A stretch of 64,000 bases of DNA, taken from an uncultured delta proteobacterium. GTDB taxonomy: Bacteria > Desulfobacterota > Desulfuromonadia > Geobacterales > DSM-12255. The position numbers and the translations under genes are program-made. Under the pieces are notes generated by a model. It did not search any database and was not told where the DNA came from. It worked only from the letters and a program-made list of their open reading frames with translations. Positions 19,092 to 28,577 of this stretch are shown here, one piece after another (within the stretch, counting starts at the first letter, position 1; the number at the start of each line of letters is the position of its first letter). The stretch spans positions 160,001 through 224,000 of the forward strand of contig CAWBBV010000011.1 in NCBI GenBank assembly GCA_963787125.1, written 5' to 3'.

Positions 19092-19325
19092 GTGAAGATC
19101 ATTTCAACATTCGGACTGCTCGTGCTGGTATCCATATCTTACGCATTGGCCTCAGGGGGCACTGAAGTAGAAGGATTGGGGCCTATGACAGCTTTTTTCA
19201 TCTCCTTTGGGGTAATGATCGTCATCTACCAGTTCATTCCCGGCCTTAAGCTTTTTGCTGAGATGATTCGAAAGATATTCCTGTCAGCAGCGGGAAAAGT
19301 CACAGAAGTCAGCAGAATTAAGTAG
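19092..19325 (+). CDS. Small membrane protein (paralog family)
   Basis: AGGAGG RBS; signal-like N-terminus plus GPMTAFFISFGVMIVIYQFIPG. Confidence 0.75.
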   Translation: MKIISTFGLLVLVSISYALASGGTEVEGLGPMTAFFISFGVMIVIYQFIPGLKLFAEMIRKIFLSAAGKVTEVSRIK

Positions 19326-19367
19326 CGACAAAATATAACCCGTCAACAAACTAAAAAGGAGAACGCC

Positions 19368-19622
19368 ATGAACGCAAACAAAACCTTGACAGCAGTCTTT
19401 AGCGCTTTAGCCATCAATCTTGCTACCGGCAGCGGAGCCATTGCCTCATCGGGCGTTACCAACAAGGTCTTTATAAGTGGTCCCTTGATTCTGATCTTCC
19501 TCGGTTTCTGTGCTCTGGTGGTGGTTGTCCAGTGCGTCCCGGCAATCATAATGCTTTACGGCATGATCAAAGGTGCCGCGAGCAAAAGAAACGCATCAAA
19601 GGCGAGCGCCAAGTACTACTAA
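19368..19622 (+). CDS. Small membrane protein (paralog family)
   Basis: AAGGAG RBS; GPLILIFLGFCALVVVVQCVPAIIMLYGMIKG. Confidence 0.8.
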   Translation: MNANKTLTAVFSALAINLATGSGAIASSGVTNKVFISGPLILIFLGFCALVVVVQCVPAIIMLYGMIKGAASKRNASKASAKYY

Positions 19623-19707
19623 TCTGATTTGAAAAAGTGATTTTTCAAATTCAAACTTCAGTTTCAGGATTAAAAATAGCGCGATATTTGATTAATGGAG
19701 GTTCGTC

Positions 19708-19881
19708 ATGGATTTATCAGCAGTGGGAGAAGTCAAAGAGGTTTTCACTCTGGTCGATTACTACACATACATTAAAAGCATGGAATACCTCATCTGTGTG
19801 GCTTTTTTTGTCGGGTTCCCCATTTTTTATCGCTACATCAACAAAGAGGAAAAAAACAGTTCCTCCGATACCGATAACTAG
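19708..19881 (+). CDS. 57-aa HmcD-like single-TM protein (below the ORF-track cutoff)
   Basis: GGAGG RBS; MDLSAVGEVKEVFTLVDYYTYIKSMEYLICVAFFVGFPIFYRYINKEE...; TLxDxxTxxKxxxY + TM + F(W/Y)R(F/Y) pattern. Confidence 0.7.
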   Translation: MDLSAVGEVKEVFTLVDYYTYIKSMEYLICVAFFVGFPIFYRYINKEEKNSSSDTDN

Positions 19882-19886
19882 ACAAT

Positions 19887-20006
19887 GCTTTCTGGTGCAA
19901 TCGCTTTCTGGTGCAATCGCTTTCTGGTGCAATCGCTTTCTGGTGCAATCGCTTTCTGGTGCAATCGCTTTCTGGTGCAATCGCTTTCTGGTGCAATCGC
20001 TTTCTG
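19887..20006. repeat. Perfect tandem repeat, 7.5 x GCTTTCTGGTGCAATC (16 bp)
   Basis: Units start at 19887, 19903, 19919, 19935, 19951, 19967, 19983, plus a half unit at 19999; no spacers. Confidence 0.97.
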
Positions 20007-20013
20007 CTGAATT

Positions 20014-20046
20014 AGCCGCAGGCTGAGATGCCTGGAGTCTGCGGCT
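20014..20046. other. Stem-loop downstream of the VNTR
   Basis: AGCCGCAGGCT ... AGTCTGCGGCT inverted repeat with no U-tract. Confidence 0.55.
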
Positions 20047-20083
20047 GAGTAGAATTAACTAATCATGTAAAGGAGGATTCAAT

Positions 20084-20608
20084 ATGCAGGCGAATGGGTT
20101 CTGGCTCGCTGGTGCGACAGTTTTTTTGCTGCTGACTACTATACCTGATATTGGTCGTGGCATAACCGTTCCTGACACGGTTACCTTGAACACTCAAAGT
20201 AAACTGTATAAGCCGTTCGATTTCAGTCATGCCAAACATATCAAATTTACTAATGAATGTTCCTACTGCCATCATCATACCACCGGCACGCTGGTGCAGG
20301 ATGCCAACTGCATCAGGTGTCATCGTAACAGCAGTGAGACGAAAACGGTTTCTTGCAAGGGATGCCATCTGACGGATCCTTTTTCAGCTGCCGCGATTAA
20401 AGAAAAGGATCCGAAAAACTACCATCACGACAAGCCGAGCCTCAAGGCTGCAATGCACAGGACATGCATAGACTGCCATGAAAAGATTTCGGGACCGACC
20501 GGTTGTCAGGATTGCCACCAACGGACAAAAGCAGGGGACGCCTTCTATAACTCGGGTGAATTTACGCCCAGGGACAAGACCGCCAAAGGCGGTCATGGCG
20601 GTCACTGA
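20084..20608 (+). CDS. Pentaheme class III (c3-like) periplasmic cytochrome c
   Basis: Signal peptide; 5 CXXCH motifs (CSYCH, CIRCH, CKGCH, CIDCH, CQDCH); FSHAKH. Confidence 0.9.
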   Translation: MQANGFWLAGATVFLLLTTIPDIGRGITVPDTVTLNTQSKLYKPFDFSHAKHIKFTNECSYCHHHTTGTLVQDANCIRCHRNSSETKTVSCKGCHLTDPFSAAAIKEKDPKNYHHDKPSLKAAMHRTCIDCHEKISGPTGCQDCHQRTKAGDAFYNSGEFTPRDKTAKGGHGGH

Positions 20609-20655
20609 CAAACAGCTGATTTGGTAAAACGTCATTCTATCCGAAGGAGAAAACC

Positions 20656-21573
20656 ATGAAACGTAGAGACTTCCTTAAAGGCTGCCTGCTTGGTGGAGCT
20701 GCTGCTTCACTTGGAGTACCGGCCAAGAGTTGGGCTGTAGGTTCCTTCGATGGATACCCTGACGCAATGGGGGTCCTGGTAGACACGACCCGCTGCATCG
20801 GTTGCCGGAGCTGCGAAGCAGCATGCAACAAGGAGCAGCAGCTCCCTGAACCTGACGTTCCGTTCGATGACACCTCGGTTTTTGAAGAAAAGCGCCGAAC
20901 CTCTGAAAAGGCGTACACCGTTGTTAACCGCTATGATGCAAGTGACGGGCAAAAACCGCCCTTTCGTAAAATGCAGTGCAACCATTGCAACGAGCCTGCC
21001 TGCTTAACCTCGTGCTTCGTCAATGCCTACACAAAGACCAAAGAAGGCGCAGTGATCTACAACGGTAAGGTCTGTGTGGGATGCCGCACCTGCATGGTCG
21101 CATGTCCCTTCAACATACCGGCCTACAGTTATTCCAGCTCCTTTAATCCGGTCATTAAAAAGTGCGTTTTGTGCTATCACACTCGTTTGAAATTCGGCAA
21201 ACCGCCGGCATGTGTTGAGATCTGTCCACGGGAAGCGCTTACCTTCGGCCTGCGTAAAGATCTGATCAAGTTGGGTCATGAACGGATCAGAGCAACTCCG
21301 GATAAATATTTCGATCATATCTATGGCGAAAAAGAGTTGGGCGGGACCAGTTGGCTCTACCTCTCCAGGGTTCCGCCAGAACTTATCGGCCTGGATGAAA
21401 CTGTCGGTAATGAGCCGATTATCTCCAACGTCAAGGAGTTTCTCGGCATGGTGCCGATGGTGCTGACCATCTGGCCGGCTCTGTTTACCGGAATTCACCT
21501 TCTCGCTACCAAAAACAAAGACCACGGTGATGCTCACCATAACCATTCTGAGCAGGAGGATGGCAAAAAATGA
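20656..21573 (+). CDS. Tat-exported 4Fe-4S subunit (HybA/HmcB/NrfC family)
   Basis: KRRDFLK twin-arginine; CIGCRSCEAAC, CNHCNEPACLTSC, CVGCRTCMVACP; C-terminal TM. Confidence 0.92.
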   Translation: MKRRDFLKGCLLGGAAASLGVPAKSWAVGSFDGYPDAMGVLVDTTRCIGCRSCEAACNKEQQLPEPDVPFDDTSVFEEKRRTSEKAYTVVNRYDASDGQKPPFRKMQCNHCNEPACLTSCFVNAYTKTKEGAVIYNGKVCVGCRTCMVACPFNIPAYSYSSSFNPVIKKCVLCYHTRLKFGKPPACVEICPREALTFGLRKDLIKLGHERIRATPDKYFDHIYGEKELGGTSWLYLSRVPPELIGLDETVGNEPIISNVKEFLGMVPMVLTIWPALFTGIHLLATKNKDHGDAHHNHSEQEDGKK

Positions 21574-22979
21574 AAAAACTAATCGCCAGCGGTGTAGTAA
21601 CCGTAGATTCTCTTGAAAAGTCAGCCGGACGTAACTGGACTATTATGGAGAAGCTTTTTCTCGGACTGACCCTCCCCCAATACATCGGGCAGGCCCTTCG
21701 TAATCCTCTCAACTGGTTTTTTGCGCTTATTTTAGCTGTCGGCATCCCGATCATTCTTGGCCGTTTCACTTTCGGCCTCTCCTGGGTCACCCATAGCTCC
21801 AATGACTACCCATGGGGGCTGTTTCTTGGATTCGGCCTCTTCGGCATGGTTCCGCTCTCTTCGTCCGGCTTTCTGCTTGGGACAGCGTGCGAGGTTTTCG
21901 GCCGGCATGATCTGGAACCGATGGAACGCCTTGGGCTATTAAACGGTCTTTTAGGCTATTTTTTCGCCGTCGTGTTTTTGCTGATTGACCTGGGACAACC
22001 GTGGCGTTTACCGTATCCGATGGTGGTAGCATTTGGGCCGGCATCAGTACTTTTTCTGGTGGCCTGGCACGTATCCACCTACCTGTCAGTGCAGATAGCC
22101 GAAGTTTCCAAAAGCTTTTTTGAATGGATAGGTTTTCCCATCGGCATTCGTGCTATCAGGAAAATCACCCTGGGGCTCACCGTATCCGGCATCATCCTCT
22201 CCACCCTTCACCAGGGAGCCCTCGGAGCACTCTTCACCTACGCCCCCGGCAAGGTCCACCCTCTCTGGTACTCATCATCATTCCAATGGATACACTTTTT
22301 TGTCTCCTCCATCCCCGGCGGACTCTGCATGGTAATCACCGTCAGCACCATTGCCTGCAAAACCATGTCCTGGCGCTTTGACCAACGCTTCAAAGAGAGC
22401 CTGGACCGGATAACCATCTCGCTGGCAAAAGGCGCCAGCATGGGTTTGGCAACCTACCTCACTATTAAACTGCTGAGTATTGCCCATGACAATAAATGGG
22501 GCTACTTAACAACTGGTTGGGGGCAATGGTATCTGGTTGAAATCATGATTGCGGTAATAATTCCAATGGCATTATTCGCCTTTGCCATCCGCCATAAAAA
22601 AATGGCAGTCATACGCTTCAGCGCTTTCCTTGTCGTCATTGGAATATTTCTGAACCGGCTTAATACCTCAATGTTTACCTTCAACTGGAAACTGCCGTAC
22701 AGAGAGATTCCCCACTGGCGTGAAGTTGTCATCTGCCTGACTGTCTACTCCATCTATATAATGGTCTATCGCTTCATTCTCTACAGACTGCCGATATTTT
22801 ATCAGTGGAAAAGCCAGGAGGAGTTTGCCCCGGCATACGCCACTGAAACTGCAGCGGCTTTGCCTGTTCCTGCCCTTGCGCCGGCATATGTTCCAAAAAC
22901 TGAAGCGGCTACGCCTGAGCTTGTGCCGGCATACGCATCTCAAACTGAATCAATGGCTCTAGGCAATAGTGATGCGTAA
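21570..22979 (+). CDS. NrfD/HybB/HmcC-family integral membrane quinol-binding subunit
   Basis: YPWGL, LIDLGQPWRL, LSTLHQGALG, VHPLWYS, about 10 TMs. Confidence 0.9.
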   Translation: MKKLIASGVVTVDSLEKSAGRNWTIMEKLFLGLTLPQYIGQALRNPLNWFFALILAVGIPIILGRFTFGLSWVTHSSNDYPWGLFLGFGLFGMVPLSSSGFLLGTACEVFGRHDLEPMERLGLLNGLLGYFFAVVFLLIDLGQPWRLPYPMVVAFGPASVLFLVAWHVSTYLSVQIAEVSKSFFEWIGFPIGIRAIRKITLGLTVSGIILSTLHQGALGALFTYAPGKVHPLWYSSSFQWIHFFVSSIPGGLCMVITVSTIACKTMSWRFDQRFKESLDRITISLAKGASMGLATYLTIKLLSIAHDNKWGYLTTGWGQWYLVEIMIAVIIPMALFAFAIRHKKMAVIRFSAFLVVIGIFLNRLNTSMFTFNWKLPYREIPHWREVVICLTVYSIYIMVYRFILYRLPIFYQWKSQEEFAPAYATETAAALPVPALAPAYVPKTEAATPELVPAYASQTESMALGNSDA

Positions 22980-23077
22980 CATCTTGATATGCAGGCAGTG
23001 TTGTTTTTGCTATGGGGGTCCACCCTCCTTGCTGTCATGAATTCTCAGAACTCAAGAGCTGCTGACAGGAGACAACC

Positions 23078-23839
23078 ATGAAACTAATCTGGATAACGTT
23101 CACCGCTGTCATCTTTTATTCAATCCCCGCTGCAGCGCTGGAGATAAAGGACAAAACTTTTATTACTGAAAATGCCGGCAAGGTTGTATTCAGTCACGCC
23201 TCGCATCTTAAGAAAAAAACCGCCAAGTCCCCGAACATAAGCTGCAAGGCCTGTCATAACAGTGTTATGGAAAAGGGGAGCCATTACACAATGGCCGAGA
23301 TGGAACAGGGGAAATCATGCGGCCAATGCCACAACGGCAAAGCGGCTTTTCCACTGGCTAAATGCACGGTCTGTCACAAAGTTAAAGACATCACCTTTAA
23401 GGTAAAGGCAACCGGTCCTGTACAGTTTAAACATTCTGTCCATCTGCAGAAAAACTGTAGCTGCAGCGACTGCCACAACACCCTTTATAAGACGGCTGCC
23501 AACCCTCCGGTAGGCATGGCCGCCATGGAAAAAGGAAAATCATGCGGCGCCTGCCACAACGGAGATAAGGCTTTCGCATTAGCTGAATGTTCCAAGTGCC
23601 ACCCGAACGGGGAAATTACCTTTATCGGCAAGAATTCCGGCAACATCAGCTTCAGCCATAAAAACCACACCGCTCTTTACAAGTGTGGAGAGTGTCACCC
23701 GCTGATTTACAAAACTTCCCGGAGTAAGACCAGGGTCAGCATGAAGGCGATGGAAGCGGGGAAATCATGCGGTAGCTGTCATGATGGAAAAAACGCTTTC
23801 AGCGTTAAAGCGAACTGTGCGTCATGCCATAAATTATAA
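23078..23839 (+). CDS. Nonaheme cytochrome c (three c7-type triheme domains)
   Basis: 9 CXXCH motifs; repeated FxHxxH ... MExGKSCGxCH units. Confidence 0.92.
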   Translation: MKLIWITFTAVIFYSIPAAALEIKDKTFITENAGKVVFSHASHLKKKTAKSPNISCKACHNSVMEKGSHYTMAEMEQGKSCGQCHNGKAAFPLAKCTVCHKVKDITFKVKATGPVQFKHSVHLQKNCSCSDCHNTLYKTAANPPVGMAAMEKGKSCGACHNGDKAFALAECSKCHPNGEITFIGKNSGNISFSHKNHTALYKCGECHPLIYKTSRSKTRVSMKAMEAGKSCGSCHDGKNAFSVKANCASCHKL

Positions 23840-23888
23840 GTTTTAGGCCGGTTGATTTGCGTTGCCGGCAGGAACGGTGGAGGATGAT

Positions 23889-24698
23889 ATGTTTACCACA
23901 CTCGCAGGAAAAGCCCTTGTACCGGTAGGCCTTGCCGTTTCGGGATTCATGGTTGTCTGTTGCCTTATCCTTTACTCTGTTATCCGGGAGGACCTCCATC
24001 GTGACGAGATAGTTCATGCCACCAATCTTGCCGGCACCATTCTCAAATCAACCCGCTATGCAATGCACAAATCCGATCGTGAAATGCTGTCAACAATTAT
24101 TCGCAACGTGGGGGAACAGAAAGGCGTCGATCATGTCAGAATATTCAACAAAAAGGGGGTGGTGACTTTTTCAGCCAAACCGGGTGAGATAAACCGTCAG
24201 GTGGATAAGAACGCTGAAGGCTGCATCGTCTGTCACAAAGGAGCCGTTCCTGTCACCAATCTGGGAACGATGCAGCAGGTCCGTACTTTTAAAAATCCGG
24301 AGGGTATGGATGTCATGGCAATTACCGCACCGATTTACAATGGACCGGACTGTTCAACTGCTACATGTCATATCCATCCCCCCGGCCAGAAAATTCTGGG
24401 CACCCTTGATATCGGACTGTCAAGGGAGGAACTTGAAAGATCGCTCACAATGCTTAGCATCCAGATGATCGTCTTTTCATTGATGTGCCTCATCCTTACC
24501 ATCGGCGGAGTGACCGCCTTGTTGATGAGAAATGTCTTTATCCCTATCCAGAGGTTAAGCAGCTACATTGAATCAACAACAATCAAGGCCGATATTCCGG
24601 CTCCCCCGCCTCACCTGCCTCATGATCTTGATATTATAGCCGCTAATTATTACAAATTAACAGTTAGCATGAGCGGCAAAAAAGAAAATTCTGAATAA
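23889..24698 (+). CDS. Kinase-less membrane heme sensor domain, paralog of the N-terminal half of the 15422 kinase
   Basis: 2 TMs; CIVCH and CSTATCH; LGTLDIGLS vs LGLLDISIS in the kinase; degenerate HAMP then stop. Confidence 0.75.
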   Translation: MFTTLAGKALVPVGLAVSGFMVVCCLILYSVIREDLHRDEIVHATNLAGTILKSTRYAMHKSDREMLSTIIRNVGEQKGVDHVRIFNKKGVVTFSAKPGEINRQVDKNAEGCIVCHKGAVPVTNLGTMQQVRTFKNPEGMDVMAITAPIYNGPDCSTATCHIHPPGQKILGTLDIGLSREELERSLTMLSIQMIVFSLMCLILTIGGVTALLMRNVFIPIQRLSSYIESTTIKADIPAPPPHLPHDLDIIAANYYKLTVSMSGKKENSE

Positions 24699-24825
24699 TC
24701 AGTTGCAGACTTTTATAAAAGAAATTAGTTTGGTAACTTAGAATCTGTTTTCTGCCATTTCTGGCACAAAACAAATTCAAGCTTTATTGTGCTTGTTATC
24801 TTGACGAAAGGGTATCGGGGATTGC

Positions 24826-25365
24826 ATGATTGACATGCGAGGGGATCAACTGTCAACTGTTGTGAATGAAATCAAGGATAGTGCAGACTTACTTCGACAA
24901 GAATTAATAAAGGATATGGACCGCTTAAACCGCTTTTCCACCCGCGGACTTCTGGCACTTTCGCTGTTTATTGCCGTCAGCATTTTTGCCTGGTGGGGGT
25001 TTTCCTTTCTGCCGTCTCCTGACAGGGTCACCGCTATTTTAGGCAAACCGCCTTCGGCTCAGATTGTCAGCATCGCGCTCATAGTTTATACTTTTTCTGC
25101 AATAATTTTAAGTCTTGCTCGCATGTCCACAGGTATTGAGCATCGCAGCAGCTTCAGCCATGTCGGCTATCTGACAGCTTTTTTTCTCTTTTATTATTTT
25201 GGCAAAGCCCTTGAAGAAAATTACTGGGCGGTCTTCGGTTCTGGCATGACAATCCTGGGAGTTGAAAGCTATCGGATCTGGACCTATTGCGCTGAAAATA
25301 TTTCCAAAATCAAAGAAGACATCGAATTTGTGACCCGAACCGGCAGACCTCCACCCAAGGATTAA
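24826..25365 (+). CDS. 4-TM membrane protein, possible menaquinol oxidoreductase accessory subunit
   Basis: Hydrophobic; LGKPPSA, SHVGYL and ENYWAVF motifs; located at the end of the cytochrome locus. Confidence 0.55.
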   Translation: MIDMRGDQLSTVVNEIKDSADLLRQELIKDMDRLNRFSTRGLLALSLFIAVSIFAWWGFSFLPSPDRVTAILGKPPSAQIVSIALIVYTFSAIILSLARMSTGIEHRSSFSHVGYLTAFFLFYYFGKALEENYWAVFGSGMTILGVESYRIWTYCAENISKIKEDIEFVTRTGRPPPKD

Positions 25366-25374
25366 AGCAGTTGT

Positions 25375-26670
25375 TCAATCACCCTTCAACCTGGCACTCA
25401 CCGACTTGCCATGAGCTTCGAGCCCTTCAAGAGCGGCAATCCGGACAATATCATCTCCCAACCTGTTCAATCCAGCGCGACTGAAGTAGACGATTGATGA
25501 TTTTTTCACGAAATCATCAACGGAAAGCGGCGAGAAGAATCTGGCTGTGCCGCCGGTAGGCAGAGTGTGGTTTGGCCCGGCCAGATAATCGCCGGCAGCC
25601 TCGGGGGTGTAGTGACCCATGAAAATGGCGCCGGCATTTTTAATCTGCGGCAAAATCGCAAACGGATCGCTGACCGCCAGTTCCAGATGCTCCGGGGCAA
25701 TCCTGTTGGAGAAAGCTATCGCCTCGGAAAGATCACCGGCAATAATAACAGCGCCGTAACTTTCCCACGACTTTCTGGCGATACTCTCACGGGAGAGTTC
25801 TTTCAGCTGCCTTTCGACCTCCAGAGTAACCGCCTTGCCAAACTCCTCATCAGTCGTTATCAGGATTGATGAAGCGAGTTCATCATGCTCAGCCTGAGAC
25901 AGAAGATCCGCCGCGATATGAGCAGGCGTGCCGCTGCCGTCATTAATAACCAGTATCTCGGATGGCCCCGCAATCATGTCGATTCCGACCTGTCCGAAGA
26001 CCAGTTTCTTCGCCGTGGCAACATAGATGTTACCCGGTCCGGTGATCTTATCGACTTTTGGTATAGTTGCAGTGCCGTAGGCAAGCGCGGCAACAGCCTG
26101 AGCTCCGCCAATCCTGAAAATCCTGTCAACCCCGGAAAGACGGGCCGCCGCCAGAACATGCGGATTTATCTCCCCATCCGGAGTAGGTACAACCATGATC
26201 ACTTCAGGCACTCCCGCCACTTTGGCAGGGACGGCATTCATGATGACGCTCGACGGATAGCTCGCCTTGCCGCCGGGGACATAAATACCCACCCGCTGCA
26301 GCGGCGTCACCATCTGGCCGAGCATGATGTCGGGCTCCTCAGTGGAGAGCCAGGTCTGCTGTTTTTGTTTCTCGTGAAACCGTGCCACCCGTTCGACCGC
26401 AAGTTTTAGTGCGGCCAGATCTTCTAAAGCACAGCGGGCAATGGCTTCGTCTATTTCAGCAGCTGTTACTTCAAGTTCGGCGACCGAAAAGACATTCAAC
26501 CGGTCAAAACGACTCGTATACTCCAGGACGGCCGCATCACCGCGCTCTCTGACAGCGGCGATTATCGCCAGAACGACCTGCTCGACCTCCCGGCCAGACT
26601 CTTCACCGCGAGCAAGAATCGTAGCGAATTCTCTGTCAAAATCTTTGTCTTTTATGGAAAGAAATTTCAT
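25375..26670 (-). CDS. hisD: Histidinol dehydrogenase
   Basis: GIYVPGGKASYPSS, IDMIAGPSEI, LSQAEHD, APEHLEL, NHTLPT. Confidence 0.97.
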   Translation of the reverse strand: MKFLSIKDKDFDREFATILARGEESGREVEQVVLAIIAAVRERGDAAVLEYTSRFDRLNVFSVAELEVTAAEIDEAIARCALEDLAALKLAVERVARFHEKQKQQTWLSTEEPDIMLGQMVTPLQRVGIYVPGGKASYPSSVIMNAVPAKVAGVPEVIMVVPTPDGEINPHVLAAARLSGVDRIFRIGGAQAVAALAYGTATIPKVDKITGPGNIYVATAKKLVFGQVGIDMIAGPSEILVINDGSGTPAHIAADLLSQAEHDELASSILITTDEEFGKAVTLEVERQLKELSRESIARKSWESYGAVIIAGDLSEAIAFSNRIAPEHLELAVSDPFAILPQIKNAGAIFMGHYTPEAAGDYLAGPNHTLPTGGTARFFSPLSVDDFVKKSSIVYFSRAGLNRLGDDIVRIAALEGLEAHGKSVSARLKGD

Positions 26671-27305
26671 AGCAGCTTCTCCAACCCTTCAATTATCCTG
26701 GTTATCCGCTCATGCTTAATCTTAAGGCTTGCCCTGTTCACCACCAGCCGGGTGGTGATTTCAGCTATTGATTCAACCTCAACCAGACCGTTCTGCCTCA
26801 GGGTCTCACCGGTTGAAACCAGGTCAACAATCCGCTCTGAAAGGCCGACAAGGGGCGCAAGCTCGATCGAGCCATAGAGTTTTATTATCTCCACCTGAAT
26901 ACCGCGGGCAGAGAAGTACTTTTCAGTGATGTTAGGATATTTGGTGGCAATTCTGATATTAGCCCATCGTGACGGATCATCCTTCGCTGCAAGTCCGACG
27001 GGCTCAGCAACCATCATGCGGCAGTAACCGAATTTGAGATCAAGCGGTTCATACAGATCTTTCCCCTGTTCCAGGAGCGTATCTTTGCCGACAATTCCCA
27101 GATCGGCAGAACCGTATTCCACATAGGTCGGCACATCAGTGGCCCGGACAATCATATAGCGCAGCTTTTGGGCACTGTTTTCGAATATCAGTTTTCTGGA
27201 GTTGCCGAGAAGCTCGTCGCAGTCAAAACCGATTTTCTTGAAGAGTTCGACCGACTCTTCGAGAATCCGCCCTTTCGGGATTGCTATAGTTATATAATCG
27301 TTCAT
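26667..27305 (-). CDS. hisG: ATP phosphoribosyltransferase (short form)
   Basis: [36 protein letters not shown]; 212 aa. Confidence 0.96.
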   Translation of the reverse strand: MNDYITIAIPKGRILEESVELFKKIGFDCDELLGNSRKLIFENSAQKLRYMIVRATDVPTYVEYGSADLGIVGKDTLLEQGKDLYEPLDLKFGYCRMMVAEPVGLAAKDDPSRWANIRIATKYPNITEKYFSARGIQVEIIKLYGSIELAPLVGLSERIVDLVSTGETLRQNGLVEVESIAEITTRLVVNRASLKIKHERITRIIEGLEKLL

Positions 27306-28555
27306 TCCTTCACCCGCACTATATCTGCACCGAGCCCAGCCAACTTTTTCTCAATCGCCTCATAACCGCGATCAAGATGGTATATTCTGGTTATCTCCGT
27401 TTGCCCCTCGGCTGCCAGTCCGGCCAGAATGAGAGAAGCTGAGGCGCGCAGATCAGTTGCCATTACCGGAGCGCCGGAAAGTTTTTTGATCCCTTTGACA
27501 AGCGCGCTTTTGCCGTCAATGGTTATATCCGCACCGAAACGGATCAGTTCAGAGACATGCATAAAGCGATTTTCAAAAATGTTTTCGGCAATTATGCTCG
27601 CACCGTCGGCAACACACATAAGCGCCATGAACTGGGCCTGCATATCGGTCGGGAAACCGGGATAAGGCCTGGTTTTGATGTTCATGCTCTTCAGTTTTTT
27701 AGGCCCCTTGACACAGACAACACCATCTTTGTTGAGTATCTCCACCCCGGCATCCTGAAGTTTGAATACCAGCGCATCAAGATGCTCAAGCTGCATGTTG
27801 CTGATCCTGATGGCACCGCCGGTAATAGCAGCCGCAACCATGAAAGTACCGGCCTCGATCCGGTCAGGCATAACCCGGTAATCGACAGCGGAGAGCTCCG
27901 CTACTCCGGTTATCCTGATGGTATCAGTGCCGGCCCCTTCTATCCGGGCCCCCATAAGGTTCAGCATGTTGGCAAGATCAACTATTTCCGGCTCTCTGGC
28001 CGCATTCTCAAGGATCGTCTCCCCTTTGGCAAGGGTAGCAGTCATCATAAGATGCTCTGTGCCGCCAACAGTCGGCACGTCAAAATTGATCCGTGCCCCT
28101 TTGAGCCTCTTTGCGGTCGCTTCCACATAGCCATGAGCAAGATGAATATCAGCTCCGAGCGCTTTCAACCCTTTCAAATGCTGGTCTATCGGCCTGGCGC
28201 CGATGGCGCAGCCACCCGGCAGCGAGACCCTCGCCCTGCCATGCCGTGCCAGGAGAGGACCAAGCACAAGTACGGATGCCCTCATGGTTTTGACGAGATC
28301 GTACGTTGCCTCAACGTTGTTCAGGTTGGTAGTGTCGATTCTGACAATATTACCATTCCCCTCAATCCTGGCACCGAGTGAATCAAGCACCTTGATGGTG
28401 GTATTTATATCGCGCAGAAACGGGACATTACTAATTTCAAAAGTTCCCGGAGCGAGAATGGTGGCAACAAATATCGGCAGAGCGGCGTTCTTCGAGCCGC
28501 TGATCGACACATCCCCTTTTAGCTTTTTGCCGCCGTTTATGATCAGTTTGTCCAT
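27302..28555 (-). CDS. murA: UDP-N-acetylglucosamine 1-carboxyvinyltransferase
   Basis: [43 protein letters not shown]; start at MDKLII. Confidence 0.97.
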   Translation of the reverse strand: MDKLIINGGKKLKGDVSISGSKNAALPIFVATILAPGTFEISNVPFLRDINTTIKVLDSLGARIEGNGNIVRIDTTNLNNVEATYDLVKTMRASVLVLGPLLARHGRARVSLPGGCAIGARPIDQHLKGLKALGADIHLAHGYVEATAKRLKGARINFDVPTVGGTEHLMMTATLAKGETILENAAREPEIVDLANMLNLMGARIEGAGTDTIRITGVAELSAVDYRVMPDRIEAGTFMVAAAITGGAIRISNMQLEHLDALVFKLQDAGVEILNKDGVVCVKGPKKLKSMNIKTRPYPGFPTDMQAQFMALMCVADGASIIAENIFENRFMHVSELIRFGADITIDGKSALVKGIKKLSGAPVMATDLRASASLILAGLAAEGQTEITRIYHLDRGYEAIEKKLAGLGADIVRVKE

Positions 28556-28577
28556 AATAAATCCTTGTTCCTTACTT

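Noticed and set aside
19887..20006. CRISPR array
   Set aside because: Units are contiguous 16-mers with no unique spacers and there are no cas genes; this is a VNTR
19637..20026. ORF-track ORFs 19637-20026(+) and 19717-19980(-)
   Set aside because: They read through the tandem repeat and overlap the better-supported 19708-19881 ORF
24761..24778. sigma54 promoter (CTGGCAC...)
   Set aside because: The -24 element is present but there is no GC at -12
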